Origin: Dehalococcoidia bacterium
GTDB lineage: Bacteria > Chloroflexota > Dehalococcoidia > Plut-88900
Direction: 5' to 3'
DNA length: 64,000 nt
Assembly: GCA_965207225.1 (NCBI GenBank)
Contig: CBDBLV010000004.1
Span: 64,001 to 128,000, forward strand
Below the pieces are notes generated by a model. It was not told the DNA's origin. It made no database searches and saw nothing but the letters and a program-made list of their open reading frames with translations. A program made the position numbers and the translations under genes. This document shows, piece by piece, positions 47,182 through 57,786 of the stretch. The stretch's first letter is position 1, and each line of letters begins with the position of its first letter.

Positions 47182-48369
47182 TCAGGCGTCCATAAGTGCG
47201 GCAACACCGGGGAGGATGCTGCCGCCGAGGAATTCGAGGGATGCACCGCCGCCCGTGGAGACGTGATCCATCTTGTCGGCGAGTCCGAAGGCGGCTACGG
47301 CGTCGGCGGTGGAGCCGCCGCCCACCACTGTCGTGGCGTCGGAATCTGCGAGGGCCTGCGCCATCTGTCGGGTGCCGTAGGAGAAGGCGGGGAATTCGTA
47401 GACGCCCATAGGCCCATTCCAGAAGACGGTCTTCGCACGCATTATGTAATCTTTGAAGAGGGTAACGGTTTCGGGGCCGATGTCCAGGATGAGGGAGTCG
47501 GGGGGCACCTGGGTTGCGAGAACGGTCTCGGGCGCAGCGTTGGCGTCGAACTCCCTGGCAACCACAACATCGCGGGGAAGGGCCACGGTCACGCTTCCCT
47601 GTTCACCCTGGGCCATGATGCCGGAAACGAATTCCAAGGAATCCTCTTCGAAAATCGAGCGGCCGATCTCGAGTCCCATGGCCTTGAAGAAGGTGGCGCA
47701 CATTCCGCCGCCAACCAGAAGAACGTCCAGCTTTTTCATGAGCCTCCGGGCGACGGCGATCTTGTCGCTGATCTTAGCGCCGCCGAAGAGGACGGTGAGG
47801 GGTCGGGCGGGGTTTTCGGAGGCCAAGCCGAGGTATTTCAGCTCCTTGTCCAGGAGCAACCCTGCAACCGAGGGGAGGTGGTGGGCGACGCCCTCCGTGG
47901 AGGCGTGGGCGCGGTGGGCCGCTCCGAAAGCGTCGTTTACAAAGAGATCCGCCAGACCCGCTAAAGAAGCGGCGAAGCCAGGGTCATTGGATTCTTCGCG
48001 GGAGTCGAAGCGGAGGTTTTCGAGGAAGAGGATGTCGCCGGGAGAAAGAGATGTGGCTTGCGACATTACGCCGTTGCCCACAATGCCGTCAGCGAGGGGC
48101 ACGGGCAAGTCGATGAGTTCGGAGAGGCGTCGGGCGACGGGGGCGAGGCGCAATGATTCGTCGATCTTACCCTTGGGTCGACCCATGTGGGAGCAGAGGA
48201 CAAGGCTCGCGCCGCGGTCGAGGAGGAGTCGGAGGGTGGGGATGGATGCGCGGATGCGGCTGTCGTCGAGGATGGCGCCGGTGTCGGGGTCGAGGGGGAC
48301 GTTGAAGTCGACGCGGACGAGGACCCGCTTGCCGGATACGTCTATGTCGTTAACCGTTTTCTTGGGCAT
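47182..48369 (-). CDS. pgk: Phosphoglycerate kinase
   Basis: RVDFNVP, LENLRF, DAFGAAHRAHAS, WNGPMG, STGGGASLE. Confidence 0.98.
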   Translation of the reverse strand: MPKKTVNDIDVSGKRVLVRVDFNVPLDPDTGAILDDSRIRASIPTLRLLLDRGASLVLCSHMGRPKGKIDESLRLAPVARRLSELIDLPVPLADGIVGNGVMSQATSLSPGDILFLENLRFDSREESNDPGFAASLAGLADLFVNDAFGAAHRAHASTEGVAHHLPSVAGLLLDKELKYLGLASENPARPLTVLFGGAKISDKIAVARRLMKKLDVLLVGGGMCATFFKAMGLEIGRSIFEEDSLEFVSGIMAQGEQGSVTVALPRDVVVAREFDANAAPETVLATQVPPDSLILDIGPETVTLFKDYIMRAKTVFWNGPMGVYEFPAFSYGTRQMAQALADSDATTVVGGGSTADAVAAFGLADKMDHVSTGGGASLEFLGGSILPGVAALMDA

Positions 48370-48379
48370 AGTTGGAAGG

Positions 48380-49003
48380 TTAGGGGGCTACGGTAAGGCC
48401 GCATACTTCTTCGATGGCCTCGCGGGAGATTGCTCCCTGGCGCAGAATGGCGGGGGAGTCGCCAGAGACGTCGACGATGGTGGAGGGAAGGGCACCGGGG
48501 CACGGGCCCCGGTCGATAATCAGGTCAACTTTGCCGTCAAGTTGTTCGGCGACATCCTGGGCGGTGATGGGGTTGGGGCCTCCACCAAGGTTCGCACTGG
48601 TGCCGGTTATGGGGGCGCCGAGTCGAGCGCATAGTTCTCGGGGTACTGGATGATCGGGGACGCGGACGGCGACTGTCGTGCCCCAACTGTTGGCGAGGCT
48701 TGGGATGTCGAGGCGACAGCGGACTACGAGGGTGAGGGCGCCGGGCCAGAAGGCGGACGCCAAGGCTTGAGCAAGACCTCCTGTTTGGTCGGAGACGAGG
48801 GACAAGTCGTCGGGGGAGGAGAGGAGGAGGGGGACGGGCTTGGAGTCAGGCCTGCCCTTGGCTTGGTAGAGGCGTCGGACGGCGGAATCGATGAAAGGGT
48901 GGGCGCCGAGGCCGTAGAGGGTGTCGGTGGGGAAGGCGACGAGGCCGCCGCCCTGAAGAATGGTAATTGCCTGTTCGATGTCCGGTGCGCCGGAGGTTGA
49001 CAT
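48380..49003 (-). CDS. tsaC: L-threonylcarbamoyladenylate synthase (TsaC/YrdC)
   Basis: VAFPTDTLYGL, KGRP, WPGALT, VRVPDHP, TSANL, PSTIVD. Confidence 0.94.
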   Translation of the reverse strand: MSTSGAPDIEQAITILQGGGLVAFPTDTLYGLGAHPFIDSAVRRLYQAKGRPDSKPVPLLLSSPDDLSLVSDQTGGLAQALASAFWPGALTLVVRCRLDIPSLANSWGTTVAVRVPDHPVPRELCARLGAPITGTSANLGGGPNPITAQDVAEQLDGKVDLIIDRGPCPGALPSTIVDVSGDSPAILRQGAISREAIEEVCGLTVAP

Positions 49004-49042
49004 TGAGCAGCTGCGTGGACGTGTTTTTGAGGCGAATTTGCC

Positions 49043-49078
49043 TTGACTGAGTATAGCACGGGTGCTAATCTGAGACAG
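49043..49078. promoter_or_regulatory. Overlapping divergent promoters for the guaA-pur (+) and tsaC-pgk (-) operons
   Basis: + strand: TTGACT(49043-48)-N17-TAATCT(49066-71) with TG extension. - strand: TGcTATACT (49050-49058). Confidence 0.55.
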
Positions 49079-49096
49079 AGATCACCAGGAGGTTCC

Positions 49097-50779
49097 TTGG
49101 CGGACAAGGGAGCCACAAATGCAAGCCGCAGAGTAGCGGTTTCCGATGATCTAGAAGTCTCCACCTACCTAGAAATAGCGGGCCGTAAGGTAGGGCAATC
49201 GGAGACCCCCCACACCGGCGCGGCGCCTGAGCACGCCTCCCAGCCAGAGACGGTTGTCGTCCTGGATTTCGGGTCGCAGTACAGCATGTTGATAGCGCGA
49301 CGGGTGCGGGAGTGCAACGTCTACTGCGAAATCCTGCCTTTCGACGCGCCGCCCGAGCAGGTAGCCAGGCTCAAACCCAAGGGGTTCATCCTTTCGGGGG
49401 GTCCGGCGAGCGTGTACGAAGCCGATGCTCCGATGGCGCCAGCGTACATCTACGAAAGCAAGGCGCCAGTGCTGGGCATCTGCTACGGGATGCAGGCGCT
49501 GACTCACCAGCTGGGGGGCCGGGTGTCGTCGGGGCTGAAGAGGGAGTACGGGCACGCCGTGCTGAGGCAGAACGTGGCCGACCACCCGATATTTAAGGGT
49601 TTGCCGCTGGAGATGCCGGTGTGGATGAGTCACGGGGACGAGATCTCGGAGCCTCCGCCGGGGTTTTCGAGCCTGGCATATACGGACAATGCACCGGTGG
49701 CGGTGCTGGGAAACGACCAGGGAATAATCGGGCTCCAGTTCCACCCGGAGGTGTCCCACACGCCCAACGGTACGGACATCCTGAAGAACTTCCTGTACGA
49801 AGTGTGCGGGTGCAAGGGGACGTGGACCCCGGCGAGCTTCATTGTAGAGGCGACGGACAGGATCCGGGAACAGGTCAGGGGAGGGAAGGTGATCTGTGCG
49901 CTGTCCGGGGGTGTGGACTCGGCGGTGACGGCGGCGCTGGTGCACAGGGCTATCGGGGACCAGCTGACATGTATTTTCGTAGACAACGGACTATTGCGGC
50001 GGGAGGAAGCGGAGAGGATAAAGACAGTATTTGAGCGACACTTGAACCTGAACCTCATGTATGTGGATGCCGAGGACCAGTTTCTAGAAAAGCTGGAAGG
50101 GGTGACGGACCCTGAGAAGAAAAGACACATCATCGGGGAGGAGTTCATCAAGGTATTCGAGGATATGGCCGGGGAACTGGGAGAGGTGGACTACCTAGCG
50201 CAGGGGACTCTGTACCCGGACGTAATCGAGAGCCTGCCGCCGAAGGACGCTCCGTCAGTGACTATCAAGACGCATCACAACGTCGGGGGGCTGCCGGAGG
50301 TGATGAAGCTGTCGCTGGTGGAGCCGCTGAGGCAGCTGTTCAAGGACGAGGTGAGGGAGGTGGGTGACGAGCTTGGTATGCCAGAGGAGATGGTGTACCG
50401 GCAGCCGTTCCCGGGCCCCGGGCTGGCCATCCGCATCATCGGGGAGGTGACTAGAGAGAGGCTGGAGATGCTGCGGAGCGCCGACTGGATTGTGATGGAC
50501 GAGATAAAGGCCAGCGGTCTGTACAGGAAGCTGTGGCAAAGCTTTGCGGTACTGACGCCACTGCAGACGGTGGGTGTGATGGGAGATTTTCGCACCTACG
50601 GGAACATGGTCGCGATCCGGGCCGTGACCAGCGAGGATGCTATGACCGCAGACTGGGCCCGTCTCCCCTACGACGTGCTGGCCCAGATTTCAAATCGCAT
50701 CGTGAACGAGGTCCCGGGCGTTAACCGGGTGGTGTACGACATTTCCAGCAAGCCGCCTTCGACCATTGAGTGGGAGTAG
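49097..50779 (+). CDS. guaA: GMP synthase (glutamine-hydrolysing)
   Basis: [53 protein letters not shown] before TTG 49097. Confidence 0.97.
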   Translation: MADKGATNASRRVAVSDDLEVSTYLEIAGRKVGQSETPHTGAAPEHASQPETVVVLDFGSQYSMLIARRVRECNVYCEILPFDAPPEQVARLKPKGFILSGGPASVYEADAPMAPAYIYESKAPVLGICYGMQALTHQLGGRVSSGLKREYGHAVLRQNVADHPIFKGLPLEMPVWMSHGDEISEPPPGFSSLAYTDNAPVAVLGNDQGIIGLQFHPEVSHTPNGTDILKNFLYEVCGCKGTWTPASFIVEATDRIREQVRGGKVICALSGGVDSAVTAALVHRAIGDQLTCIFVDNGLLRREEAERIKTVFERHLNLNLMYVDAEDQFLEKLEGVTDPEKKRHIIGEEFIKVFEDMAGELGEVDYLAQGTLYPDVIESLPPKDAPSVTIKTHHNVGGLPEVMKLSLVEPLRQLFKDEVREVGDELGMPEEMVYRQPFPGPGLAIRIIGEVTRERLEMLRSADWIVMDEIKASGLYRKLWQSFAVLTPLQTVGVMGDFRTYGNMVAIRAVTSEDAMTADWARLPYDVLAQISNRIVNEVPGVNRVVYDISSKPPSTIEWE

Positions 50780-50812
50780 GACGAGGGAGAACTCGACCGG
50801 GGTGAAACACAC

Positions 50813-52096
50813 GTGAACATCCTGGTCGTTGGAAACGGGGGTCGGGAGCACGCGCTGGCCTGGAAGCTGGCCCAGAGTCCACGTACCAACAAGCTGTTCG
50901 TCGCGCCCGGGAACGGGGGCACGAGGCAGATCGCTGTGAACCTGGATATTTCGGCGACTGATATTGATAGGCTCTTGACGGCTGTGGAAAAGCATAGGGT
51001 TGACTTGACGGTGGTCGGGCCGGAGGCGCCGCTGGCCGAGGGCCTGGTAGACCGGTTCGAGGGGCTGGGGCTGCGGGTTTTCGGGCCGACCAAGGCCGCG
51101 GCCCGGCTGGAATCGTCCAAGATATTCGCGAGGGAAGTGATGAGCCGGGCGGGGGTGCCGTGTGCAAACGGCAGGGATTTCTCATCGGCGGAGGAGGCGC
51201 ACGGCTATTTGGACGAGGTCGGGGCTCCGGTGGTGGTGAAGGCCGATGGATTGGCGGCGGGAAAGGGTGTGACGGTGGCATCGACGTTGGAGGAAGCGCA
51301 CCAGGCAGTCGAGGAAGCGATGGTGGGTCGGGTGTTCGGGGAGGCGGGGGAGAGGGTGATCATCGAGGAGTGCCTGGAGGGTCGAGAGGTCAGCCTGTTC
51401 GTGTTCACGGACGGGATGGCGGTGTCGGGGCCGGTGACGGCGTGCGACTACAAGAGGCAGCTAGACGGAGACAGGGGCCCCAACACAGGGGGCATGGGCT
51501 GCTACAGCCCGGCGGAGTTCCTGACCGAGACGCAAGAGCGGGAGCTTCGGGACACGATCACCTTACCGATAATCCAGACCATGTCGAAGATGGGATGTCC
51601 TTACAAAGGCGTCCTGTACACGGGCCTGATGATGACGGAGGAAGGGCCGAGGGTGCTGGAGTTCAACGTCAGGCTGGGGGACCCGGAGGCGCAGGTTGTG
51701 CTGCCGAGGCTGGAATCGGACCTGGTGGAAATCATCGATGCGGTGGTGAGCGATCGGCTGTCGGAAGTCGAGGTGAAATGGAGCCCTGAGTCCATGATGT
51801 GCGTGGTGCTGGCGTCGGGGGGGTATCCGGGGAAGTATGAGACGGGGCAGACGATTTCAGGGTTGGATTCTTTGGAGCCCGAAGCCCTAGTTTTCCATGC
51901 AGGAACATTTTATGATTTTGAGTCGGAGAAGTTAGTGACCTCCGGCGGCCGCGTGCTGAGCGTGGGCGGTGGGGAGCGGAGTTTAGAAGAGGCTCGGGAG
52001 CGGGTCTATGAGAACGTGGGAAAGGTCGGGTTTGAGGGGGCGCAATATCGTAAGGACATTGGCCTCGCGGGAGAGGCCGTAACAACAGGAGATTAG
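50813..52096 (+). CDS. purD: Phosphoribosylamine-glycine ligase
   Basis: [45 protein letters not shown]. Confidence 0.98.
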   Translation: MNILVVGNGGREHALAWKLAQSPRTNKLFVAPGNGGTRQIAVNLDISATDIDRLLTAVEKHRVDLTVVGPEAPLAEGLVDRFEGLGLRVFGPTKAAARLESSKIFAREVMSRAGVPCANGRDFSSAEEAHGYLDEVGAPVVVKADGLAAGKGVTVASTLEEAHQAVEEAMVGRVFGEAGERVIIEECLEGREVSLFVFTDGMAVSGPVTACDYKRQLDGDRGPNTGGMGCYSPAEFLTETQERELRDTITLPIIQTMSKMGCPYKGVLYTGLMMTEEGPRVLEFNVRLGDPEAQVVLPRLESDLVEIIDAVVSDRLSEVEVKWSPESMMCVVLASGGYPGKYETGQTISGLDSLEPEALVFHAGTFYDFESEKLVTSGGRVLSVGGGERSLEEARERVYENVGKVGFEGAQYRKDIGLAGEAVTTGD

Positions 52097-52097
52097 G

Positions 52098-52562
52098 ATG
52101 CCTTTAGTCGGAATAATTATGGGTAGCCCATCGGACGAACCCTACGCCAAAGAAACTACGGATATCCTGGACAAGCTGGGGATATCCCATGAGGTGAATT
52201 TCCTATCGGCGCACAGGACACCGGAGAAGGCCCGGGAGTACGGGATAACGGCCCGGGAGAGAGGCCTGGAGGTGCTGATAGCCGGGGCAGGAATGGCTGC
52301 CCATTTGCCGGGCGTTATGGCAAGTTGGACAACCCTGCCAGTGATCGGCGTGCCGCTGCCGGGAAGCGACCTTGACGGGCTCGACTCCCTCCTAGCAATA
52401 GTGCAGATGCCGGCGGGAATCCCGGTGGCAACGGTGGCCATAGGGAAGGCCGGGGCCAGGAATGCAGCGTTCTTCGCTGCGCAGATCCTTGCGCTCAAGC
52501 ATCCGGAGATTGCAGAGGCGCACGAAGCACACCGGGCGCGCCTGAACTCGGGCCAGCGTTAA
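52098..52562 (+). CDS. purE: N5-CAIR mutase
   Basis: [33 protein letters not shown]. Confidence 0.97.
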   Translation: MPLVGIIMGSPSDEPYAKETTDILDKLGISHEVNFLSAHRTPEKAREYGITARERGLEVLIAGAGMAAHLPGVMASWTTLPVIGVPLPGSDLDGLDSLLAIVQMPAGIPVATVAIGKAGARNAAFFAAQILALKHPEIAEAHEAHRARLNSGQR

Positions 52563-53878
52563 TGATCCCTCGGTACTCAAGGCCGGCAATGGCCCGGGTG
52601 TGGGCTGATGATGCCCGTTATGACAAGTGGCTGCAGATAGAAGTCGCCGTCTGCGAGGCTTGGGCTGAAGAGGGAGTTATACCCGCCGAAGAGATGGAGC
52701 TGATCCGCGGCGCCTCCTACGACCTCTCGATATTCGACGAGGCGATGAAGGAGACGAAGCACGACATGACGGCGTTCCTGAGGGCCATGTACCCGAGCGT
52801 CGGGGCGGGGGCGCGATACCTGCACCTTGGCCTGACGACATCGGACGTGTGGGACACAGCGCTGAGCATGCAGATGGTGGAGGCCGTGGACCTGCTGCTG
52901 GTGGAGGTTGACCGGCTGATAGGAGCGCTGGAAACGCAGGCAAGGAAGCACAAGGACACGGTGATGATCGGACGGACGCACGGGGTGCACGCCGAGCCGA
53001 TCACCTTCGGGCTGAAGCTGGCGCTCTGGGTGGACGAGATGAGGCGGAACCGGGAGCGGATGGAGCGTGTCAGGGAGTCGGTGGGTGTGGGGAAGATCTC
53101 GGGGGCGGTGGGTACTTATGCGCTGGTGTCGCCTGAGATTGAGGCGAGGGTTTGCCGGAGGCTGGGATTGAGGCCCGCTCAGATATCGAGCCAGATTGTG
53201 CAGCGGGACATCCATGCGGAGTTTGCTATGACGCTTGCGCTGGTTGGGGCTTCGCTGGAGAAGTTCGCCACGGAGCTGCGGGGCCTGCAGCGAACGGAGA
53301 TCCTGGAGGTGGAGGAGCCGTTCGGGAAGGGGCAGACGGGGTCTTCGGCGATGCCGCACAAGCGTAACCCAATCATCGGGGAGAGGATTTGCGGGCTGGC
53401 GAGGGTCATGCGTGGCAACGTGGTGGCGGCGCTGGAGGACGTGGCGCTGTGGAACGAGCGAGACATCAGCCACTCGTCAGTTGAGCGGATCATATTGCCG
53501 GATACGTGCCTGGCGCTGGACTATTGCCTGGACTTGTTCACCGGGGTCATAGAGGGTATGGCGGTGTACAGCAACAACATGCTCAGGAACCTGGAGTCGA
53601 CGCGGGGGCTGGTGTTTTCACAGAGGGTGTTGACGAGGCTCATCGAGTCGGGGCTGGACAGGAACGAGGCATACGGGATCGTACAGAAGCACTCGCTGGC
53701 GGCCTGGACTGAAGGCAAGGACTTCAGGAAGCTGCTGGTCGAGGACCGAGAAGTAACGGAACGGCTCTCAAAAGAGGAATTGGAATCACTATTTGAATAC
53801 GGGTTCTATCTGCGCCACGTCGACGAGGTGTTCAGTCGGCTTGGCTTGAATAAGGTTGAAACAGGTGGAGAAAGATGA
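52562..53878 (+). CDS. purB: Adenylosuccinate lyase
   Basis: MIPRY, GRTHGVHAEP, GSSAMPHKRNP, ERDISHSSVER. Confidence 0.98.
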   Translation: MIPRYSRPAMARVWADDARYDKWLQIEVAVCEAWAEEGVIPAEEMELIRGASYDLSIFDEAMKETKHDMTAFLRAMYPSVGAGARYLHLGLTTSDVWDTALSMQMVEAVDLLLVEVDRLIGALETQARKHKDTVMIGRTHGVHAEPITFGLKLALWVDEMRRNRERMERVRESVGVGKISGAVGTYALVSPEIEARVCRRLGLRPAQISSQIVQRDIHAEFAMTLALVGASLEKFATELRGLQRTEILEVEEPFGKGQTGSSAMPHKRNPIIGERICGLARVMRGNVVAALEDVALWNERDISHSSVERIILPDTCLALDYCLDLFTGVIEGMAVYSNNMLRNLESTRGLVFSQRVLTRLIESGLDRNEAYGIVQKHSLAAWTEGKDFRKLLVEDREVTERLSKEELESLFEYGFYLRHVDEVFSRLGLNKVETGGER

Positions 53879-54768
53879 CGACTGCTCTTACGGACTCCGG
53901 AATGGCCAACATATTGTACCGGGGCAAGGTGCGAGACACGTACGAGGTTGAAGACAAGCTGCTTATGGTGGCAACGGACCGGATTTCGGCGTTTGACGCG
54001 GTGCTGCCGACGGGGATACCAGGCAAGGGGAAGATACTGTCACTGATGTCGGCGTTCTGGTTCGGGCTGACGGAGAAGCTGGTGCCTAACCACTACATCG
54101 CGATGGCGGGGGACTCTGAGGGTCTAGGAGAGCTGGCGGGGGCGGTGGAGGCGATGAACGTGCCGCAGGAGGTGCTGGACAGGGCGATGGTGGTGAAGAA
54201 GGCGGAACGCATCGACATCGAGTGCATAGTGAGGGGGCACATCACGGGATCGGCGTGGTCGGAGTACAAGAGGCAAGGCACGGCAGGAACGCTGCCGATG
54301 CCCGCCGGGCTGCAGGAGTCGCAGGTGTTCCCTGAGCCGCTGTTCACGCCCACCACAAAGGCGGAAGAGGGTCACGACGAGAACATGACCTACCAGCAGG
54401 TGCAGGACATGGTCGGGAACGAGATGGCGGACCTGCTCCGGGACACTAGCATTGCTGTCTACAGCTATGCCCGGGAGTTCGCGGCGGAGCGGGGGATAAT
54501 CATCGCCGACACGAAGATGGAGTTCGGGATGATCGACGGGAAGCTGCACCTGATTGACGAGCTGCTTACACCGGACTCGAGTAGGTTCTGGGATGCGGAT
54601 GATTTCGAGGTGGGGAAGTCGCAGCAGAGCTTCGACAAGCAGTACGTGAGGGACTGGCTGGTGGAGTCGGGGTGGGACCGAGAGCCGCCCGCGCCACCCC
54701 TCCCCGACGAGATAGTTAACCGAACCGCCGAGCGTTATGAGCAGGCTTATCGTCGGTTGACAGGCTGA
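53875..54768 (+). CDS. purC: SAICAR synthetase
   Basis: GKVRD, TDRISAFD, FTPTTKA, ADTKMEFG, LTPDSSRFW, DKQYVRDWL. Confidence 0.98.
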   Translation: MTTALTDSGMANILYRGKVRDTYEVEDKLLMVATDRISAFDAVLPTGIPGKGKILSLMSAFWFGLTEKLVPNHYIAMAGDSEGLGELAGAVEAMNVPQEVLDRAMVVKKAERIDIECIVRGHITGSAWSEYKRQGTAGTLPMPAGLQESQVFPEPLFTPTTKAEEGHDENMTYQQVQDMVGNEMADLLRDTSIAVYSYAREFAAERGIIIADTKMEFGMIDGKLHLIDELLTPDSSRFWDADDFEVGKSQQSFDKQYVRDWLVESGWDREPPAPPLPDEIVNRTAERYEQAYRRLTG

Positions 54769-54819
54769 AAGCCGAAATGGGATACTGGATTGTGAACTCA
54801 GGTACGAATAGAGGCTAAA

Positions 54820-55452
54820 TTGGCAAGACGCAGAGGGCCCGTGGGCCCGCCTTCCGGCAAGTCCTTCTGGCAGAAATACCAGTGGTTTATCATCGCTGGC
54901 GTGGCGCTGTTCTTCGTGATCACGGTGATTGCGCCCGCATTGACCAACACCCCCGAAGAGGAAATGACGACGGACGAAACACCTGTTGATCCGGGCGCCG
55001 TTACCTCCGTTCCCGGGGAGTTCTATTTCAGGGCCACCAGCGCTGAGCATATAGAGTGGGGTGCGCGGGGTTCCGGGTACGCGTCGGACCCGCCGACGTC
55101 GGGGCAGCACTACTCGGTGCCCGGGCAGGCGCCGACGAACTGGGGGGCCTACTCCAGCCCGGTACAGGATGAAATACTGATTCACAACATGGAGCATGGC
55201 GGGATAATCGCCTACTACCTGCCGTCGGCGCCGCCGGCGGACGTGGAACAGCTGCGGCAGTTCATCACGAACCAGCCGGGATATCCGCGAGGGTTTGTAA
55301 TGGCGCCCCGCTCCCGACTTCCCGCCAACATTACCCTGGCCGCGTGGGAGTATTACCTGCCGGTTTTCCAGTACAACGAGGCCACCATGCAGGCGTTCAT
55401 CGACGCGCACTACGACCGGGGCCCGGAAACCCTGGACGGGACCTTGAGATAG
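54820..55452 (+). CDS. DUF3105 domain-containing membrane-anchored protein
   Basis: N-terminal TM helix; Y.SDPPTSG.H, WG.Y, IHNMEHG, LAAW, GPE. Confidence 0.85.
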   Translation: MARRRGPVGPPSGKSFWQKYQWFIIAGVALFFVITVIAPALTNTPEEEMTTDETPVDPGAVTSVPGEFYFRATSAEHIEWGARGSGYASDPPTSGQHYSVPGQAPTNWGAYSSPVQDEILIHNMEHGGIIAYYLPSAPPADVEQLRQFITNQPGYPRGFVMAPRSRLPANITLAAWEYYLPVFQYNEATMQAFIDAHYDRGPETLDGTLR

Positions 55453-55470
55453 GGTCCCGAACGCGCCCGG

Positions 55471-55719
55471 ATGTACCTTGCAAAGGTCCGCGTAACTCTT
55501 AAGCCGACCGTGAACGACCCCCAGGGCCTTACGATCCTGGGGGCTCTTCATTCCCTGGGATTTTCATCGGCGCGTGAAGTCAGGGCGGGGAAGTATTTGG
55601 AGGTGCGGGTGGATGAGGGGAGTCGGTGGGAAGCCGAAGCGAAGGTGGAGCAGATGTGTGAGAAGCTGCTGGCGAACCCCGTGATTGAGAGCTATTCGTT
55701 CGAGGTGGAGGAAGGGTAG
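55471..55719 (+). CDS. purS: FGAM synthase subunit PurS
   Basis: V.LKP.VNDPQG, VRAGK, MCEKLLANPVIE. Confidence 0.96.
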   Translation: MYLAKVRVTLKPTVNDPQGLTILGALHSLGFSSAREVRAGKYLEVRVDEGSRWEAEAKVEQMCEKLLANPVIESYSFEVEEG

Positions 55720-55787
55720 GGAGCGGCTCCGGGCGATCTTGGTCGCCTGAGGCTTAGGGGACGTTTGGCGGTTGTGGGCCACCCCCA

Positions 55788-56015
55788 CGCTCACACTTCG
55801 AGTGCCTCAGCATGTGCGGCCCCACCCAGGGGATGGGGCAGGAGACACGTTGACGGGCATGAATATGTTGACCGAGGGAGTGATGCTTGAGATCCCTCGC
55901 GGGGCCTCGGGATGACAGGGCAATAGGTGGGTGGTGGGAGGTAGAACGCGTCGGGTTGTTTGTACCTGGGCCACTCCCCTCCGCTCGACCCTTCGACCCT
56001 GCTCAGGGTGAGCGG
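55788..56015 (+). repeat. Cluster of REP-like C-B-C units between the convergent pur and his operons
   Basis: C at 55788-55819, B at 55890-55917, C at 55981-56015. Confidence 0.8.
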
Positions 56016-56067
56016 CCCCACACCGGGGAGGGAGGTTTGCAGATTCTGCCCCAAGAAGAACTGGGAC

Positions 56068-56667
56068 CTAGGTCTCGATGACGCCCTTGGTGCTGGGGAC
56101 CTGGGAGGCGGTGCGGGTGTCGATGCGGGAGGCGGCATCCATCGATTTGGCGAGGGCCTTGAATAACGACTCTATTTTGTGGTGGTCGTTGAGTCCGGCG
56201 ATGAACTTGGCGTGGATATTGAACCGTCCCTCGATGGCGAAGGTCTCGAGGAAGTGCCGGGCCATGTCTGCGGTGAGGCCACCCACGACGGGCTGGGTGA
56301 AGGAAACGTCGACCTCCGCGTAGCCCCGACCCCCGAGATCCAAAGCGACCAGGGACAGGGCCTCGTCCAATGGGACGAGGGCGTGGGACATCCTGACTAT
56401 GCCCTTGCGGTCGCCGAGGGCCTGACCGAAGGCCTGCCCCAGGAGGATGGCTACGTCCTCCACGACGTGGTGGCCGTCGGGGTCCGAGGTGCTTTTGGCA
56501 CGGACGTTGAGGTCGAAGGCGCCGTGTCGGGCGAGCTGGGAAAGCATGTGGTCGAGCATCGGGACACCAGTCTCAACACTGTACTGGCCGGTGCCGTCTA
56601 TCTTCACCTCGATGGAGATGTCGGTCTCTCCGGTCTTGCGTTCGAGGAGGGCGTGCCTGTCAGCCAT
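56068..56667 (-). CDS. hisB: Imidazoleglycerol-phosphate dehydratase (monofunctional)
   Basis: RKTGETDI, DHML, HHVVED, PLDEAL, NDHHKIE, PSTKG; no phosphatase domain. Confidence 0.97.
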   Translation of the reverse strand: MADRHALLERKTGETDISIEVKIDGTGQYSVETGVPMLDHMLSQLARHGAFDLNVRAKSTSDPDGHHVVEDVAILLGQAFGQALGDRKGIVRMSHALVPLDEALSLVALDLGGRGYAEVDVSFTQPVVGGLTADMARHFLETFAIEGRFNIHAKFIAGLNDHHKIESLFKALAKSMDAASRIDTRTASQVPSTKGVIET

Positions 56668-57784
56668 TGATCTCCGGGCCTATCTCCGTGAGGGCATCGG
56701 CGAGGCGGTCGGTCTCTTCCGGCCTCCCGACGCTGATGCGGAAGCAGTTCTTCAGGTTTGGCCTATCATAATACCGGACGAAGATCTTGCGCTGCTTTAG
56801 GAGCCGGTAAATCTGCTCTCCGTCTCCACGGGTCACGTTGCAGAGGATGTAGTTGCCCTCCGAGGAGACGGGTGAGAGGTAGTCCAGGTCCTGCAGGATG
56901 TCAAAGAGTCGGGCTCTTTCGCTCACCAGGGCCCTTACGTTGTCCATAAGGTAGTCCAGGTCTCCCAGGGACTCCAGAGCGGCGATTTGGGCGAAAACGC
57001 TGACGTTGTAGGGCTGCTTGATCTGGTTGAGGTAGGCGTAGACCTCGGGGGAGACGATGGCGTAGCCGATGCGGACTCCGGCGAGGCCCGCCCACTTGCT
57101 AAATGTGCGCACGACCATGAGAGTTTCGTAGTCGTTGACGAGGTCGGCGACAGTGTGGCCCGCGAACTCGTAATAAGCCTCGTCGATTACGACATAGAGG
57201 CCCATCTCCAGCAGCTCGACGACCTGCTCCCGGGGGATGCTGTTGCCGGTAGGGTTGTTGGGGGAGGCCAGAAAGATGAGCTTGGTGCGCTCGTCAACGG
57301 CGGCACGGATGGCATTGAGGTCTATGGCGTAGTCAGGGGTGCGATCAAGCTCGACCAACTGTCCACCAGCGACATCGGTGAGGAACTTGTACATGCCGAA
57401 AGTGGGTACGCAGCTCAAGACCTTGTCGCCGGGTTCCAGAAGGAGGCGGACGATCATGTCGAGGACTTCGTCGGAGCCGTTGCCAACGATAATGTTCTCG
57501 GGGGCGAGGCCCGCGTACTCGGCGAGGGCGGAGCGGAGGGTGCGCTGCTCAGCGTCGGGGTAGGCGTGGAGAGCCTCACTTTCGGCGATGGCCTTGAGGA
57601 CTCGGGGGGAGGGGCCGTAGGGGTTTTCGTTGGCGTCGAGCTTGACCGGCGGCAACTGCTGCGACGACTCCTCGGGCTCGGCGACGAGGCGTTCTACGGG
57701 GACGACAGGGGTGTAACCCGTAAGGTGCCGGAGGTCGGGGCGCATGAGGTCTCGGATTGACGGTCGAGATTTTTCGCTGGTCAT
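56660..57784 (-). CDS. hisC: Histidinol-phosphate aminotransferase
   Basis: KLDANENPYGP, GNGSDE, SPNNPTG, DEAY, RTFSKWAGLAGVRIGY. Confidence 0.96.
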   Translation of the reverse strand: MTSEKSRPSIRDLMRPDLRHLTGYTPVVPVERLVAEPEESSQQLPPVKLDANENPYGPSPRVLKAIAESEALHAYPDAEQRTLRSALAEYAGLAPENIIVGNGSDEVLDMIVRLLLEPGDKVLSCVPTFGMYKFLTDVAGGQLVELDRTPDYAIDLNAIRAAVDERTKLIFLASPNNPTGNSIPREQVVELLEMGLYVVIDEAYYEFAGHTVADLVNDYETLMVVRTFSKWAGLAGVRIGYAIVSPEVYAYLNQIKQPYNVSVFAQIAALESLGDLDYLMDNVRALVSERARLFDILQDLDYLSPVSSEGNYILCNVTRGDGEQIYRLLKQRKIFVRYYDRPNLKNCFRISVGRPEETDRLADALTEIGPEING

Positions 57785-57786
57785 CT

